A DNA stretch of 64,000 nt from Phoronis australis (Eukaryota; Animalia; Phoronida). Below the pieces are notes generated by a model, which saw only the letters and a program-made list of their open reading frames with translations, was not told where the DNA came from and made no database searches. The DNA lies in the NCBI GenBank assembly GCA_002633005.1, contig NMRA01000200.1, forward strand, positions 468,527 through 532,526, given 5' to 3'. Positions 1 through 11,212 of this stretch are shown here, in pieces. The first letter of the stretch is position 1, and every line of letters starts with the position of its first letter. Both the position numbers and the translations under genes were made by a program.

Positions 1-269
1 CTGTGACAAACCATGTCCCGATGGCTTTTATGGGCTGGAGTGTCGCAGTATGTGCAGGTGTAAGAATGGCGCACACTGCGACCCCACCAATGGCCAGTGT
101 CATTGTGAAGCTGGATGGATGGGAGACTTGTGTCGACTGCCCTGCCCTTCAGGATCCTACGGGCCCGATTGCAACTTAACATGTTCATGTCAGAATGGTG
201 CCAGCTGTGACCACATCAGTGGGGGTTGTATATGTGCACCTGGATACAGGGGTCTGTCTTGTGAGCAAA
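1..269 (+). CDS. MEGF6-like exon (2 EGF-like repeats, truncated by window edge)
   Basis: [28 protein letters not shown]...; donor A|GTAAGT at 270. Confidence 0.93.
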
Positions 270-3200
270 GTAAGTGATTGCTTTGAGGCCATGCTTGACT
301 GGGGCATGCTGGATGGCTGTCTTTTGTAATGGTAAATGCTGGAAATCCAGAATTTATGAACATATCTGAGTGTGGAGATGCACAAACATCTCTATTCGAT
401 GCTCTCGTAAAAAGCAGCATAGGAAAGGATTATTTGTCCGATCGGTATGTATGTGATTGACAAGATTACATCAATGTTTACATTGTGTCTCAGTTTGCAT
501 ACTCTAGTGTTTGCATTTTTAAAACAGTCATGTATTTGATGATTTCGACCATTCCAGCTTGTCAACCTGGTTTTTACGGTGCCAACTGTGCTCAGCAGTG
601 TTTGTGTGCCAATGGTGGGTCATGTGACCCTATAGATGGCAGATGTGATTGTGCAGCTGGCTGGACTGGTATTGCCTGTGAACAGAGTAAGTACCTCCTA
701 ATGTGACAGTAGGAGGGAGCTAATGTGGAGGTTTAAGTATTTGATAGTGTGTAGATGGATCCCTATATTTTCTGACTGTAAGGTGGGGAAAGTTTACTTT
801 TAAAAATTGGTCATTTTAATCTCCACTAATTTATTGCTGGTTGATAATTAGTTTTAATTTCGTTGTTAAAAGTTGTAAAATATTAGAAAAAGGCAAGCGT
901 TTTTTGCTCCTCAATTGCTTGTGTGGTTCTCTCTTGCGTAATTGTGTCTATGTTTCTGTAGATGTGCTGATATTTATTTCATACAAGCCAGTACAATGAT
1001 GCCTTGTATGACTTTCAGGCTGCGATAGTGATTATTTCGGTGCCAACTGCAAGGAACGCTGTGATTGTCTCTACAGTTCCTCATGTGACAGATTTGATGG
1101 AAGGTGCAAATGTAAGCCGGGGTACACTGGAACCAAATGTGACCAACGTATGTATTGTCTTTCTATTACAATATTTGGTGGAACTTTAAAGTCTTGTGCA
1201 GCTTACATTGAAATCTTTATGTTATTTTTTATTAGTACATTTAAGGTTATCCAGGACCTTAAGAAACGGTCTCAACTCTTAAGTCAAATATCAAAAAAAC
1301 TATGCTTTGTCAACCATTAAAAGTATATATTTTCTGAGAGGAGAAAAAGAGGGGATTCTGAAAATGCTTACTTTTGTGTCATGTTCAAGAAAGATACATT
1401 CATAGCAGAATAACCCCCTGGCCGATTTTACTGAAACTTTTTAATTAAAACTTTACGTTATATCTTAAAAACGCTGTTAGAAAATTATGATTATTCACTT
1501 AGTTCAGGTTTTAAGCCAAATTAACTAGCAAAACACGAGGCATTTTTGTAAAAAAAAAACGTCAGTTTTATTCTTAGATCGCTTGGTTCACGAAAACTAG
1601 GCATTTTAAAGCAAAATCCTATCAGTGCATTTGAGACATAACGTAAAGTTTTCACTTAAAAAAGTTTTAGTAAAATTGGCTAGGGGGGTTATTTTGCTAT
1701 GAACGTACCTTTCGTGCACATGAAATTTTGACTTAAGAAACGTGATCATGTGACAATAATAAAGGCACAGTAGTAAGAAGCATATTTTTTAGAATCCTCG
1801 AACTTTCTCTTTTCAGAAAATAATACTTTTAATGGTTGTCAGAGCATGGTTTTTTGATATTTCACTTAGAGTTGAGGTTGTTTATTAAGGTCCTAGATAA
1901 CCTTAACTGTTTTCCCCTGAAAAATGTGTAAGCGTGTGTGCATACGCGTGTACGTGCATGTGTGTGTGTGAGAAAACAAGACACGCTGCTGTAAGATTTC
2001 AGTGTATACAAGAGTTATCCGCATGCACACCATAGACCTGGTACAACAATTCTGTTGTGTCATACTTGAGTATTTAGCAGAAACAAAATAATGCTTTTGG
2101 TTACTGACGTTTCTAGTATGTTTATGTAAATTTACGTGGAAGCAGTGTCTCCATACTACACCCTTTTTTCTGTTTCCAAAAATGTATGTTAATTCTGATA
2201 GTTGAAAATGTAATCTTCATATGTGAGAAATGATATTTAAATTGAACATTGTTGAGTTATGACTGATGACTTATTCTATCACATTTCATTCATCTTAAGT
2301 ATAGTTTTGTAGTGTGTGATGTAACTATTTCTTTCACTTCTCTGAAGGTTGCCCTGACAACACATATGGTGAGAACTGTGTCATGACCTGCAACTGTCAA
2401 AATGGAGGCCAGTGTGATCATGAGACGGGCCAGTGTCACTGTACTCCTGGATGGAGGGGGCGCCACTGTGACAAAGGTATGACACTAGTGTGAGCAAGCA
2501 GCATGAACTGTATTCTCTTTCATGTTATGCATTAAGAGATCTTTTTCAAGTTCAAGTGAATTAGATACATGATATAGTTATGCCATTAACAATGCAACAG
2601 ACACTTTACTGTATCTGTTTCCATGGATCATCATTTCTCAGAGAATTTTAGGCGTTAATTGCTGTCAACTTTCATGAATTTGTTCATTTTTATATCCTTT
2701 TAGGCATAAAAATCACTACATATATGCATAATTATTGATCACCTAAAAGTAATGTTACCTTTTGATTTGTTGGTGTTTTGAAGCAAGATTGTGGAGAGAA
2801 AACTCCTGGTAAATAACGTAAGTAGTCAAAAGCACAAGGTCTGACCAATAGAAGACGTGTGCTAAGGACCAACGTGATTGTTCAGTTTAAGTTTGTAAAG
2901 GACTGGCTGTGGAGATATCTTCGTTGGAAATCATGTCAACCACAGAATTTCAAGGACGGATATATATTATGCGCCAAATGGCACGACAGTCCTGGAGTTT
3001 GAATTTAGAAATTCATGCATTTTTATAAGTACTTTTTCTGTTTGGAAACGTCAGTGAGAATTGTAATTAATTTACTAAGCTGGATAGCACAAAATGTATC
3101 GGAGTATTGAAAGTTTATGCAGATGTTTGTGTTTATTTCAGCATGTCTGCCTGGCTCCTATGGTCGACAATGTAAAGAGCAGTGTACATGTTCATCTGAC

Positions 3201-6200
3201 CAGCCATGTCATCATGTGACGGGAGCGTGCCAGTGTAATGCTGGCTACACTGGCCAGTCATGTGAAAAACGTGAGACTTTGAATTAGTGCAACATTTGTC
3301 TTGGAATAAAGCATTGACGTACCATTTTCTAATAGACTATTTTTGTGCAGCCCTCCCTCTCTTGGTCATATGCTATTTTACTCTTATTTGTAACCAGGTC
3401 ACGTCACCTAATCACAATTAGTCTTGTAACTTGTGAGGACAAGAACTAGCATATGACCAACAGAAAGGGGTTCACATGAAAATGATAAATTTACCAGGAT
3501 TTTGAGGTAGAGTTACTGTTAATGTAATGTAATGAAATGTTTTGTGTTGCCTTATTAATCATGTTTGTTTGCATGTATCTTAAAAGTGAGTAAAGCTGAA
3601 TGCTCTTTTGAAAATACTGTTGCAAAGTTGTAACAAGATTTCTGTTGTTGTTGAAAGCCTGTGAAGCTGGCACGTTTGGACCCGACTGTATGGGACGGTG
3701 TTTCTGTAGTGAGAGTACAAACTGTGATCACATCACAGGAGAGTGTATCTGCAGTCCTGGCAAAAGAGGGCGCTACTGCGAAAAAGGTAAGTATTCAAAC
3801 TCAGTTTCATGAAAGTTATATATACATATAAGCAAGTACAAGAACAAGCCAATATTGTATATCTTTTTCATTGTGGAACAAAGTTTTATTGTTATTCAGT
3901 AATTTGACTTATTAGTGAATAAAGATTGAAATGTGAACTTAGAATTGCATAGTAAGTAATTTGACTGATATTTTAGTGATTATGTTTTATGCTGAAAGCT
4001 ATAGCTTACGTGTGGTCACACTTCCAGGCTGCCATAAGCATCACTATGGACCAGAATGCAACGAGAAGTGTGAATGTAAGAATGGAGCCAGGTGTGACAA
4101 GCTCACCGGTCAGTGTTATTGTAAACCAGGCTGGACTGGGCCACTGTGCAACCAGAAGTGTCCTGAAGGTGAGTTGCTCATCTGCTCATTGGTGATGTAT
4201 CATCACAAACAGTAAGTTTACAGGTTGTTGCTCTCTGTATTCTTAGTGACGATCAGCTGATAATGCTGCCTTTCCCCAGGTACATGTTTCAATCATGTCT
4301 AGTTATAGCACTGAATTTTGTTGTACTCAAGCTACAATAATCTGCATTCTTGTGTTAGTCTGATTCTTTTGTTTTTATTTGCTAATAGAAGAGTTATCAC
4401 TAACAGCAGTTATGTCACTCATTCAATTATAGACTTCATCATTCATTCTGGCGAGGTGTTGCATGTGAAAAATGTCCAAAATATTTGGGTTTTTCATCTC
4501 TTTTAATGCAGTAATTGTCTCAGATGTGTCTATAATTAAAAGCTTCTAGTAATGTTTATTGGTGTGTAATCAATGTAAGTTGAACAATTTTAATTTCAGG
4601 ACGATTTGGTGATAACTGTGCAGAAACGTGTTTTTGTGAAAATGGAGGAACATGCGACTCTGTGACTGGTCGGTGTTTGTGTCAAGATGGCACGTATGGA
4701 GATCACTGTGAAAAAGGTAAATATAAAGCTTGGCTGACTCTTCATATTTTTACTTCACCTTAAACTATTTGAATGATTGATTGACTGAATGAGTGCATGA
4801 ATAAATGCGAAGTTACAGATTTTACTGCAAATACAATGCTTCAGTACACTTGTGTACATGACTGAGTGACTGGACACGATCAGTTATATATAACTTTATA
4901 TTGTCTGACTGAATGCAATTAATGTCAAGTGAAATCAGACCAATTTGTTTAAGATGTATAATTGACAGTTAAATTTATATGTATTGAACACGATGGTTAG
5001 ACCTCACTGTAGAATGGCAATTATTTCATTGTTTCTGTTTTTTCTAGTTTGCGATGAGGGTAATTGGGGCACAGAATGTCTCTTTGACTGTCAATGTGAG
5101 AACGGTGCCTCATGTCATCCTCGCACTGGTCACTGTACATGTGGTGTGGGCTGGACTGGTCAGCGGTGTAATATTCCATGCCCAGCAGGCACATTTGGTG
5201 TCAACTGTTCGCAGACATGTTCATGTCAACATGGTGGTCAATGTGACAGAGAGACGGGATGTTGCAAGTGTCCGTCTGGCTGGTATGGACAACTGTGTGA
5301 GCTACGTGAGTACTGTCTCATAATTGAGCTACATTAACCCTTATCCTGCTGAGCCTCTATTCAGCCCACTTTCTCTGTGTGCTGAGCTACACTAAGATGT
5401 TTTGAAGGTCACCCAGACTAATGGCCTAACAATTTTAAATTGGAAATTTGAAGGGGAAATGTTAATTTCATAGAAAAGAAACCAACATAAAATTTGTCCA
5501 GAATTTAATAGAGATTTTCACCACATGTAAATCTTCATAATAGCCTGTGTGAGCTACATTAGTACTGTCTCATTTCTGTATGAGCTATGTGAACACTGTC
5601 TCATAACTGTATGAGCTATGTGAACACTGTCTCATGACTGTATGAGCTATGTGAACACTGTCTCGTAACTGTATGAGCTATGTGAACACTGTCTCGTAAC
5701 TGTATGAGCTATGTGAACACTGTCTCGTAACTGTATGAGCTATGTGAACACTGTCTCATAACTGTATGAGCTATGTGAGTAATGTCTCGCAATTGTATGA
5801 GCTATGCCAATTTGCTCATCTGTGTTTTTATGATAGTCTCATTCAATACTGATTTACAAGACATTATTGAGTATTTTGAAAAGAATGTTCTGTATCCTAT
5901 CAAGCCACCAACCAACCAGGTTGTTGTTTATCCAGGATGTCCTGAGGGTTTCTATGGTGAATATTGCAAGAGAACATGTGATTGTGTGAACGGAGCAAAG
6001 TGTGACCCAATACATGGCCAGTGTAGATGTTTAAATGGGTTCACTGGTGATCGGTGCGAACAAGGTACGTACCTCCAGCTGCATAATAGAATCTAATTGA
6101 ATCATGTTGAAGAAGCAAATTTAGTGCCTCCAAAGTTAAATAAACTAGACTAGATATTAAACGGACCATTGTAAATGCATGGGGATTATGGATTTGCTTA

Positions 6201-9200
6201 AAATTTACTTTAGAGAAATTTTATTGAGTTTACCAACATCTTTCCACAGTCTGATAGATGCTGCTAATCAAGCAGTTGTTGCAATATTCGTAACTAACAC
6301 TAGTTACAAATGAATAGAGTGATTCAAGAACATAGCAAAAATAGTATTGTACAATATAATGTGTCGCTTTCATTTGCTTGTATTACTCCTGTGTTAAGTG
6401 AGTCAAATTGGTCAAGTGAGTGGTATCTATAGCTAAAATATGTTGAATGTTGATTGTAGTTTGTCCAGCTGGTCGCTATGGTCAGATGTGTTCTAGTATG
6501 TGTAACTGTGGCTCTGAGCCCTGTCACCCAAAGACAGGAGAGTGTAGTTGTCCACCGGGTAAACAAGGCCCTGGGTGTGCTCAAGGTAAGAGGCTGTGAG
6601 GTAGAGGAATTGAGGATTTGTGGAACAAAACAGAGATGCCAGACTTGAGAAACTGATAGTTTGTGAATCCACAAGCTTATAGTCTTAGAATCAATCATAC
6701 TTTGACAGGGAATTGTTCTTTGCATTTGTTAAAAGTATTAGTTTAATAAGTTACGTTGACATGTGTGTGACTTATTTAAGCAGCTGGTATTGTAACTTGG
6801 CGAAATTACGTTTCTCCAAGCCTGTTACTCTGTTGGGAAATTTTTTGTTTCCTTGTTTGTTTGCATGCTACAGGTCACATTTTTGCCTGATTGATATGAA
6901 ATTTACACGCAACATGTAGCTTGTTAAAAGCTGAAGGCCACATTGATAGCCATTTTTCAAATTGTCGCTTTGCAGTGCTCTAGCTCAGCAGTCTTTGACA
7001 GATTTTCCTTAAATTTGGTATGTAGGTAGATTTCTTCAAGGGCTATTGGAAGAATGTCACAGTTACTCACTTCAACCTAATGTTCTCAAGTTTTTTGAGG
7101 TTTTTAGTGGTCCTTCTGACTATTTAATTTATTGATTTTTCATGTCATATCTCCGACGTCCCTTGACAGATATTGTCGGAAGTTTGGCATATCTATAGGC
7201 ATACACATGCTGCTGCGATGTCTGTGTCATTGAGTTGCTGACGACATTGTCACTGTTGTCAATACCAACATCATCAACAGTGTCTTGGTTGTCATTGGTG
7301 TCATGGACATCATACTTGTATTTGTTGGTGTTTTAGCTTTTGTCGTCAGCCTCAATTCTAAGTTCTCCTTTTGATTTTGCCAAGTTCCTCAGAGTGCTTT
7401 CATTTTTATATTGGAAATACTGGCCACTTTTAGTAGCATATGGCAGAAGCAGTGTTGGAACACAGTTAATAGCTAAATGAAAAATAGCAAAATCCTTTTC
7501 TAACTTCCCCCCAAACTGTGAAGTCCAAATACGACTGTGCTTGAAGATGTGTAGGAACATTTGCTTCAACTGTTGCCGTTTTCTTTCTTTAGGGTGTCCC
7601 CTTCAGATGTATGGACCAAACTGCAGCTATGCATGTCAGTGTAAGAATAGTGCTGCCTGTGATCCAGTAACGGGAGTATGTACATGTAAGGAAGGATGGA
7701 TTGGACCAACTTGTAACAGGAAGTCAGGTGAGAGGTTAACTCTTATTTCACAGATTTCCTTTGACCTGTTTTCATGCTACAGTGAAAAATGTACACAGCC
7801 CATGCTGCTAGGAATGAATTAAGAGCACCATTCTTGAGCTATCATCCTCTAAGGAAATAGAATTGATATGATTAGATAGTGAGTGTCTTTTTGATGGAAA
7901 CGGAGCAACTGCTTTTAAGCACATGTATTAATTATGATGCAGTATGATCTCTGATTTTGATTACTAAATGGTGAGGTAATTTTGATTACTAAATGGTGAG
8001 GTAAAGTCATACAGCTCATTGTACTGCATGGATTGTCAGCTATGCATGTTGTCTGTATATCACAACAACTCTTTTTTTTCTGAACTTTAAAAAGTCAGGA
8101 AATCATGCAACCTATCATAGCTTTCCAATAGGATGCACTGAGGTAGAAAACTACCATTGCACAATAAATGTTGCGATAACGTAACCTTAGTAGACATGGT
8201 ATTGTCAAGACTAAGGTGTAAGGTTGCTTATAATGTCTGATATTGTAGTCTTGGAATACTTAATAAGTCATATTTTATTTAAAAGCATGTTTGTACAGCT
8301 TTACCGCTCAAATTTCTCAATGTAATATTTTAATATCACAGTATTTAACCATAATTTAAATGCACAATATAAACTCACATTATGTTTATTCAGTAGCTTG
8401 AGTAACATTTGCCTGCTGGTATTCTGTGCTGGAGAATGATCATGCATGTGGCATATATTGTTCTATGGTGTCCGTGTGTTAGACAAGTTCACCCCATGGA
8501 AGGTGTTTTGAACCATAATAGGAAGACTTTTGAGTCCTTAAAAACAGGTGTTGGTGTTTGAGCCTGTAGCTTGAATTTAAACCTAAGATAAAAATTTGTA
8601 AACATTTGAGTGTCTTAGTGGCCTGCAGTTGTCAAGCATGAGGTGTATTTTAGTGTGAAACATTAAGTTATGTCAAACATTGTGAGCCTTATGTTACTGA
8701 CCTATAAGGGCCTGCCTGCAGTGTTGTCAATAGAAATGACTTTGTAACTGGTTTGTAGAGTCAACTTTAGTGTATGAACCTCTCTTGTATCAAGACACTC
8801 AAGAACAAATGAGGCCTGTTATAATAAACCACGCAGTAAATCGGTCAAGTTGGTGTGTCAATTTTCAGTAGTATTTAGACACAAAAGCTCATAAAACCAT
8901 AATAGAAAGGAAACTACAACAATTGTGTAATTCTAAATGTGGGGTGATATTTATAGCAAGTCAAAATGAAAAATGGAACTTATACATAGAGTTATAATTG
9001 CGCCTCATAACTATACCTATTTGTACGCTATTTGGAAAAAGTCTTCCCGAATTATACCCTCTCCTGTTGAGCAACTTTTAAAATAACGTCTCTATTCACA
9101 CCGTGCAGAGAATTCTCAGTGTTCCGTATTAATTTCATTCCTGCTTAATCTAAACTGAAACCCCAAATGTATTCTAAAATGGTGAAAAGGTGACTCAAAT

Positions 9201-11212
9201 CTATACTAAAAATGAAAACTGACACCCATCTCAGCAGCACTGCCCACTAACCACATTACATTGACTGCCCCCAGACAATAGTTATGATGATATTATTCAT
9301 GATGTGAATTATATTTCAGCTGTGGCAAAAACAACAAGATATATGATCGTTAAGGGTTCATTCATTTCTCAATCTTCAAGATCTTTTGTCTAATATGTAA
9401 TAACAATTAGGTTAGTGAGGTTGTATCCGTCAATCTTAAAAACTACTCTTTACTTTAATTTCAGGAGTATCCATTTTATGTTTTCATTATGACATTTATT
9501 CTGTATGAAAAGCATTCAGTTACCCAAAGAACTGAGATAACAATAATGCAATTGCATTATGTTTTGTAGTCCTAACTACCTTTGTCATACATTTTGTCTG
9601 CGATAACAAGTTCATCCCTGGCTTTCATCTTGGCATGTAAACAATCTTATCCCCTTTAACTAATCTTTCTTTCTTTGCTATAATCCTTACACATTCTAAT
9701 TCATCTTTTTCTTTTTATCTAAAGCTGGGGACAGGACAAGCGCAAGAGTAAGTTTCATTGCTTCTATGACAGTTTATGTTTCCACTTTTTATTGAAAGAG
9801 TAATAAAGTTTATTGTAAAATTGGAGTTGTTAGAATAAGTCATCAAGGCGACGTGTATGACAAACTTTACAGTTTGCGTATCTAACTACCGTATTGATTC
9901 TGCTGGGTTTGTCATGTTAGTTCACTAAAGAAAAACACCTTAATGATAAATTTTATTATTAATTTTTATTCTGAACACTATTCACTGGATCTTCAAAACT
10001 ACTAGAATTTGTCTGCCTTGAAAAGTACTTGAATTTTATGCATTAGACTTGACAAGTCCTTGATTTGCTTTTTAGCCAGGGTGAAATGTAGCTTTAAATT
10101 TGAATAGGAAACACTTGAAAAGTTCTTGAATCTAATAAATGGAAAATAAAAGTAACCATCGTACATAAAAAAGTATTATTAAAGTATGGAACTTAAGTTT
10201 TTTTAAAATTATCAGTCAAGCTACGGTATTTAAAACCTTTAACCCATCCTTATTTGCCATTAATGCTTACATTAGAGGAGGAAAGGTAGAAAAGGTCGGA
10301 AGGGTAAGAGTAAGGGTAAACTCCGGCGTAAGTTCAAGGGATACAAGTCATTACAGAACACAGTCTCAGGTGATGTGTGTGTGTTTGGTGTCGTCTTTCT
10401 AATCATTCATTTCTATCACTTGGTGTCTCTCTTATCTTTGTTGTTGTGTTTTTCATGTCTTGACGTTAAATACACACAGAATATGTTAATTGTCAACATT
10501 CCATCTCTTCAACTACATTTGTCATCACAATCGTTCAGTGTTTCTAAAGAGCCTGTAACTGTTTACAAGGGTTTACTTTATGAAGTGCATCTATTTCTAT
10601 CTATCTCTGTTCATCAAGTGCACTGTTTGTCTTGATGTTAGGATGACACACCTCACCATAGTGTAGGACTTGATCGCACCTGCCAATCACTCCACAAACA
10701 ATATTTAATTGTTTATGCCAAGACAGTTACTTGTTGAAACTGCAACTATTTTCTGAATTTCCAATGACTTTGCCTGCTGCAACAATTTTTAAGGTATATG
10801 AAAATGGTAAACCAATGAAACTTACAAGACTGAACATGGGTTGTCTGGTCTTGAAATGAAGCAATACACCTTCAGTTCAGCCACACTGTTTCTTCCACTC
10901 AGAATTTAGTAAATAGAATGTTATAGTTAGGCCCTATAATTATGGATTAGAAAATATCACTCATGTCAAATGTTGGTCTGCTTACCACCAGTCTGTTGGG
11001 CGTTTGCACTTGACTTTCAATCCACGTAAGTGCAAGACATGGAGAAAAAATGAGGTTAATGCAAACAGAGTGTTGTAACACACTGCAAGAATTTGGCAAC
11101 ATGTTCTCTTAGTTACACAGTGTTGTTTGTGTTTTCAGATGGAACTCGACCTCGACCTGTCATTTATCGAGGACCAGAGCGGGGAGATATCCCTGGGGAA
11201 ATAGGCAGTTAA
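1..11212 (+). CDS. MEGF6: MEGF6-like multiple EGF-like-domain protein, 3' portion (5' end lies outside the window); probably secreted
   Basis: Phase-1 GT-AG exons: <1-269, 558-686, 1019-1147, 2348-2476, 3142-3270, 3658-3786, 4028-4168, 4600-4716, 5048-5305, 5936-6064, 6460-6585, 7593-7727, optional 9725-9747 and 10276-10369, terminal 11139-11212 (TAA). Encodes 14 ~43-aa repeats (CPxGxYGxxCxxxCxCxNGxxCDxxxGxCxCxxGWxGxxC). Absence of a TM or cytoplasmic exon favours MEGF6 over MEGF10/11; the symbol is an inference. Confidence 0.8.
558..686 (+). CDS. MEGF6-like exon (1 repeat, 129 nt)
   Basis: ttccag| [16 protein letters not shown]... |gtaagt. Confidence 0.93.
1019..1147 (+). CDS. MEGF6-like exon (129 nt)
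   Basis: tttcag| [16 protein letters not shown]... |gtatgt. Confidence 0.92.
1245..1902. mobile_element. Non-autonomous Kolobok-like MITE with long imperfect inverted arms
   Basis: TTAA|GGTTATCCAGGACCTTAA ... TTAAGGTCCTAGATAACC|TTAA; TTAA TSD with GG...CC ends; arms stay complementary well inside. Confidence 0.8.
2348..2476 (+). CDS. MEGF6-like exon (129 nt)
   Basis: tgaag| [22 protein letters not shown]... |gtatga. Confidence 0.92.
3142..3270 (+). CDS. MEGF6-like exon (129 nt)
   Basis: tttcag| [16 protein letters not shown]... |gtgaga. Confidence 0.92.
3658..3786 (+). CDS. MEGF6-like exon (129 nt)
   Basis: gaaag| [16 protein letters not shown]... |gtaagt. Confidence 0.92.
4028..4168 (+). 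CDS. MEGF6-like exon (141 nt)
   Basis: ttccag| [16 protein letters not shown]...KCPE |gtgagt. Confidence 0.92.
4600..4716 (+). CDS. MEGF6-like exon (117 nt)
   Basis: tttcag| [18 protein letters not shown]... |gtaaat. Confidence 0.92.
5048..5305 (+). CDS. MEGF6-like exon (258 nt, 2 repeats)
   Basis: ttctag| [16 protein letters not shown]...CEL |gtgagt. Confidence 0.93.
5545..5806 (+). repeat. 31-bp minisatellite, about 8.5 copies (ctgtatgagctatgtgaacactgtctcgtaa)
   Basis: Direct periodicity; unit matches the upstream exon/intron junction at 5293-5323. Confidence 0.95.
5936..6064 (+). CDS. MEGF6-like exon (129 nt)
   Basis: atccag| [16 protein letters not shown]... |gtacgt. Confidence 0.92.
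6460..6585 (+). CDS. MEGF6-like exon (126 nt)
   Basis: ttgtag| [21 protein letters not shown]... |gtaaga. Confidence 0.92.
7593..7727 (+). CDS. MEGF6-like exon (last EGF-like repeat, 135 nt)
   Basis: ctttag| [16 protein letters not shown]...CNRKS |gtgaga. Confidence 0.92.
9725..9747 (+). CDS. Putative 23-nt microexon of MEGF6-like gene (AGDRTSAR)
   Basis: Long polypyrimidine tract, ctaaag acceptor, AGA|GTAAGT donor; converts phase 1 to phase 0, matching the next candidate exon. Confidence 0.65.
10276..10369 (+). CDS. Putative polybasic exon of MEGF6-like gene ([31 protein letters not shown])
   Basis: cattag acceptor, purine-rich open frame inside a T-rich intron, phase 0 to phase 1, donor CAG|GTGATG (several alternative phase-1 donors inside). 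Confidence 0.6.
11139..11212 (+). CDS. MEGF6-like terminal coding exon ([24 protein letters not shown])
   Basis: gttttcag acceptor, phase 1, GC-richer than flanks, RGD codons at 11180-11188, stop 11210-11212. Confidence 0.75.

Noticed and set aside
6324-6725. 133-aa minus-strand ORF and other antisense ORFs over exons
   Set aside because: Shadows of real exons with no motifs of their own
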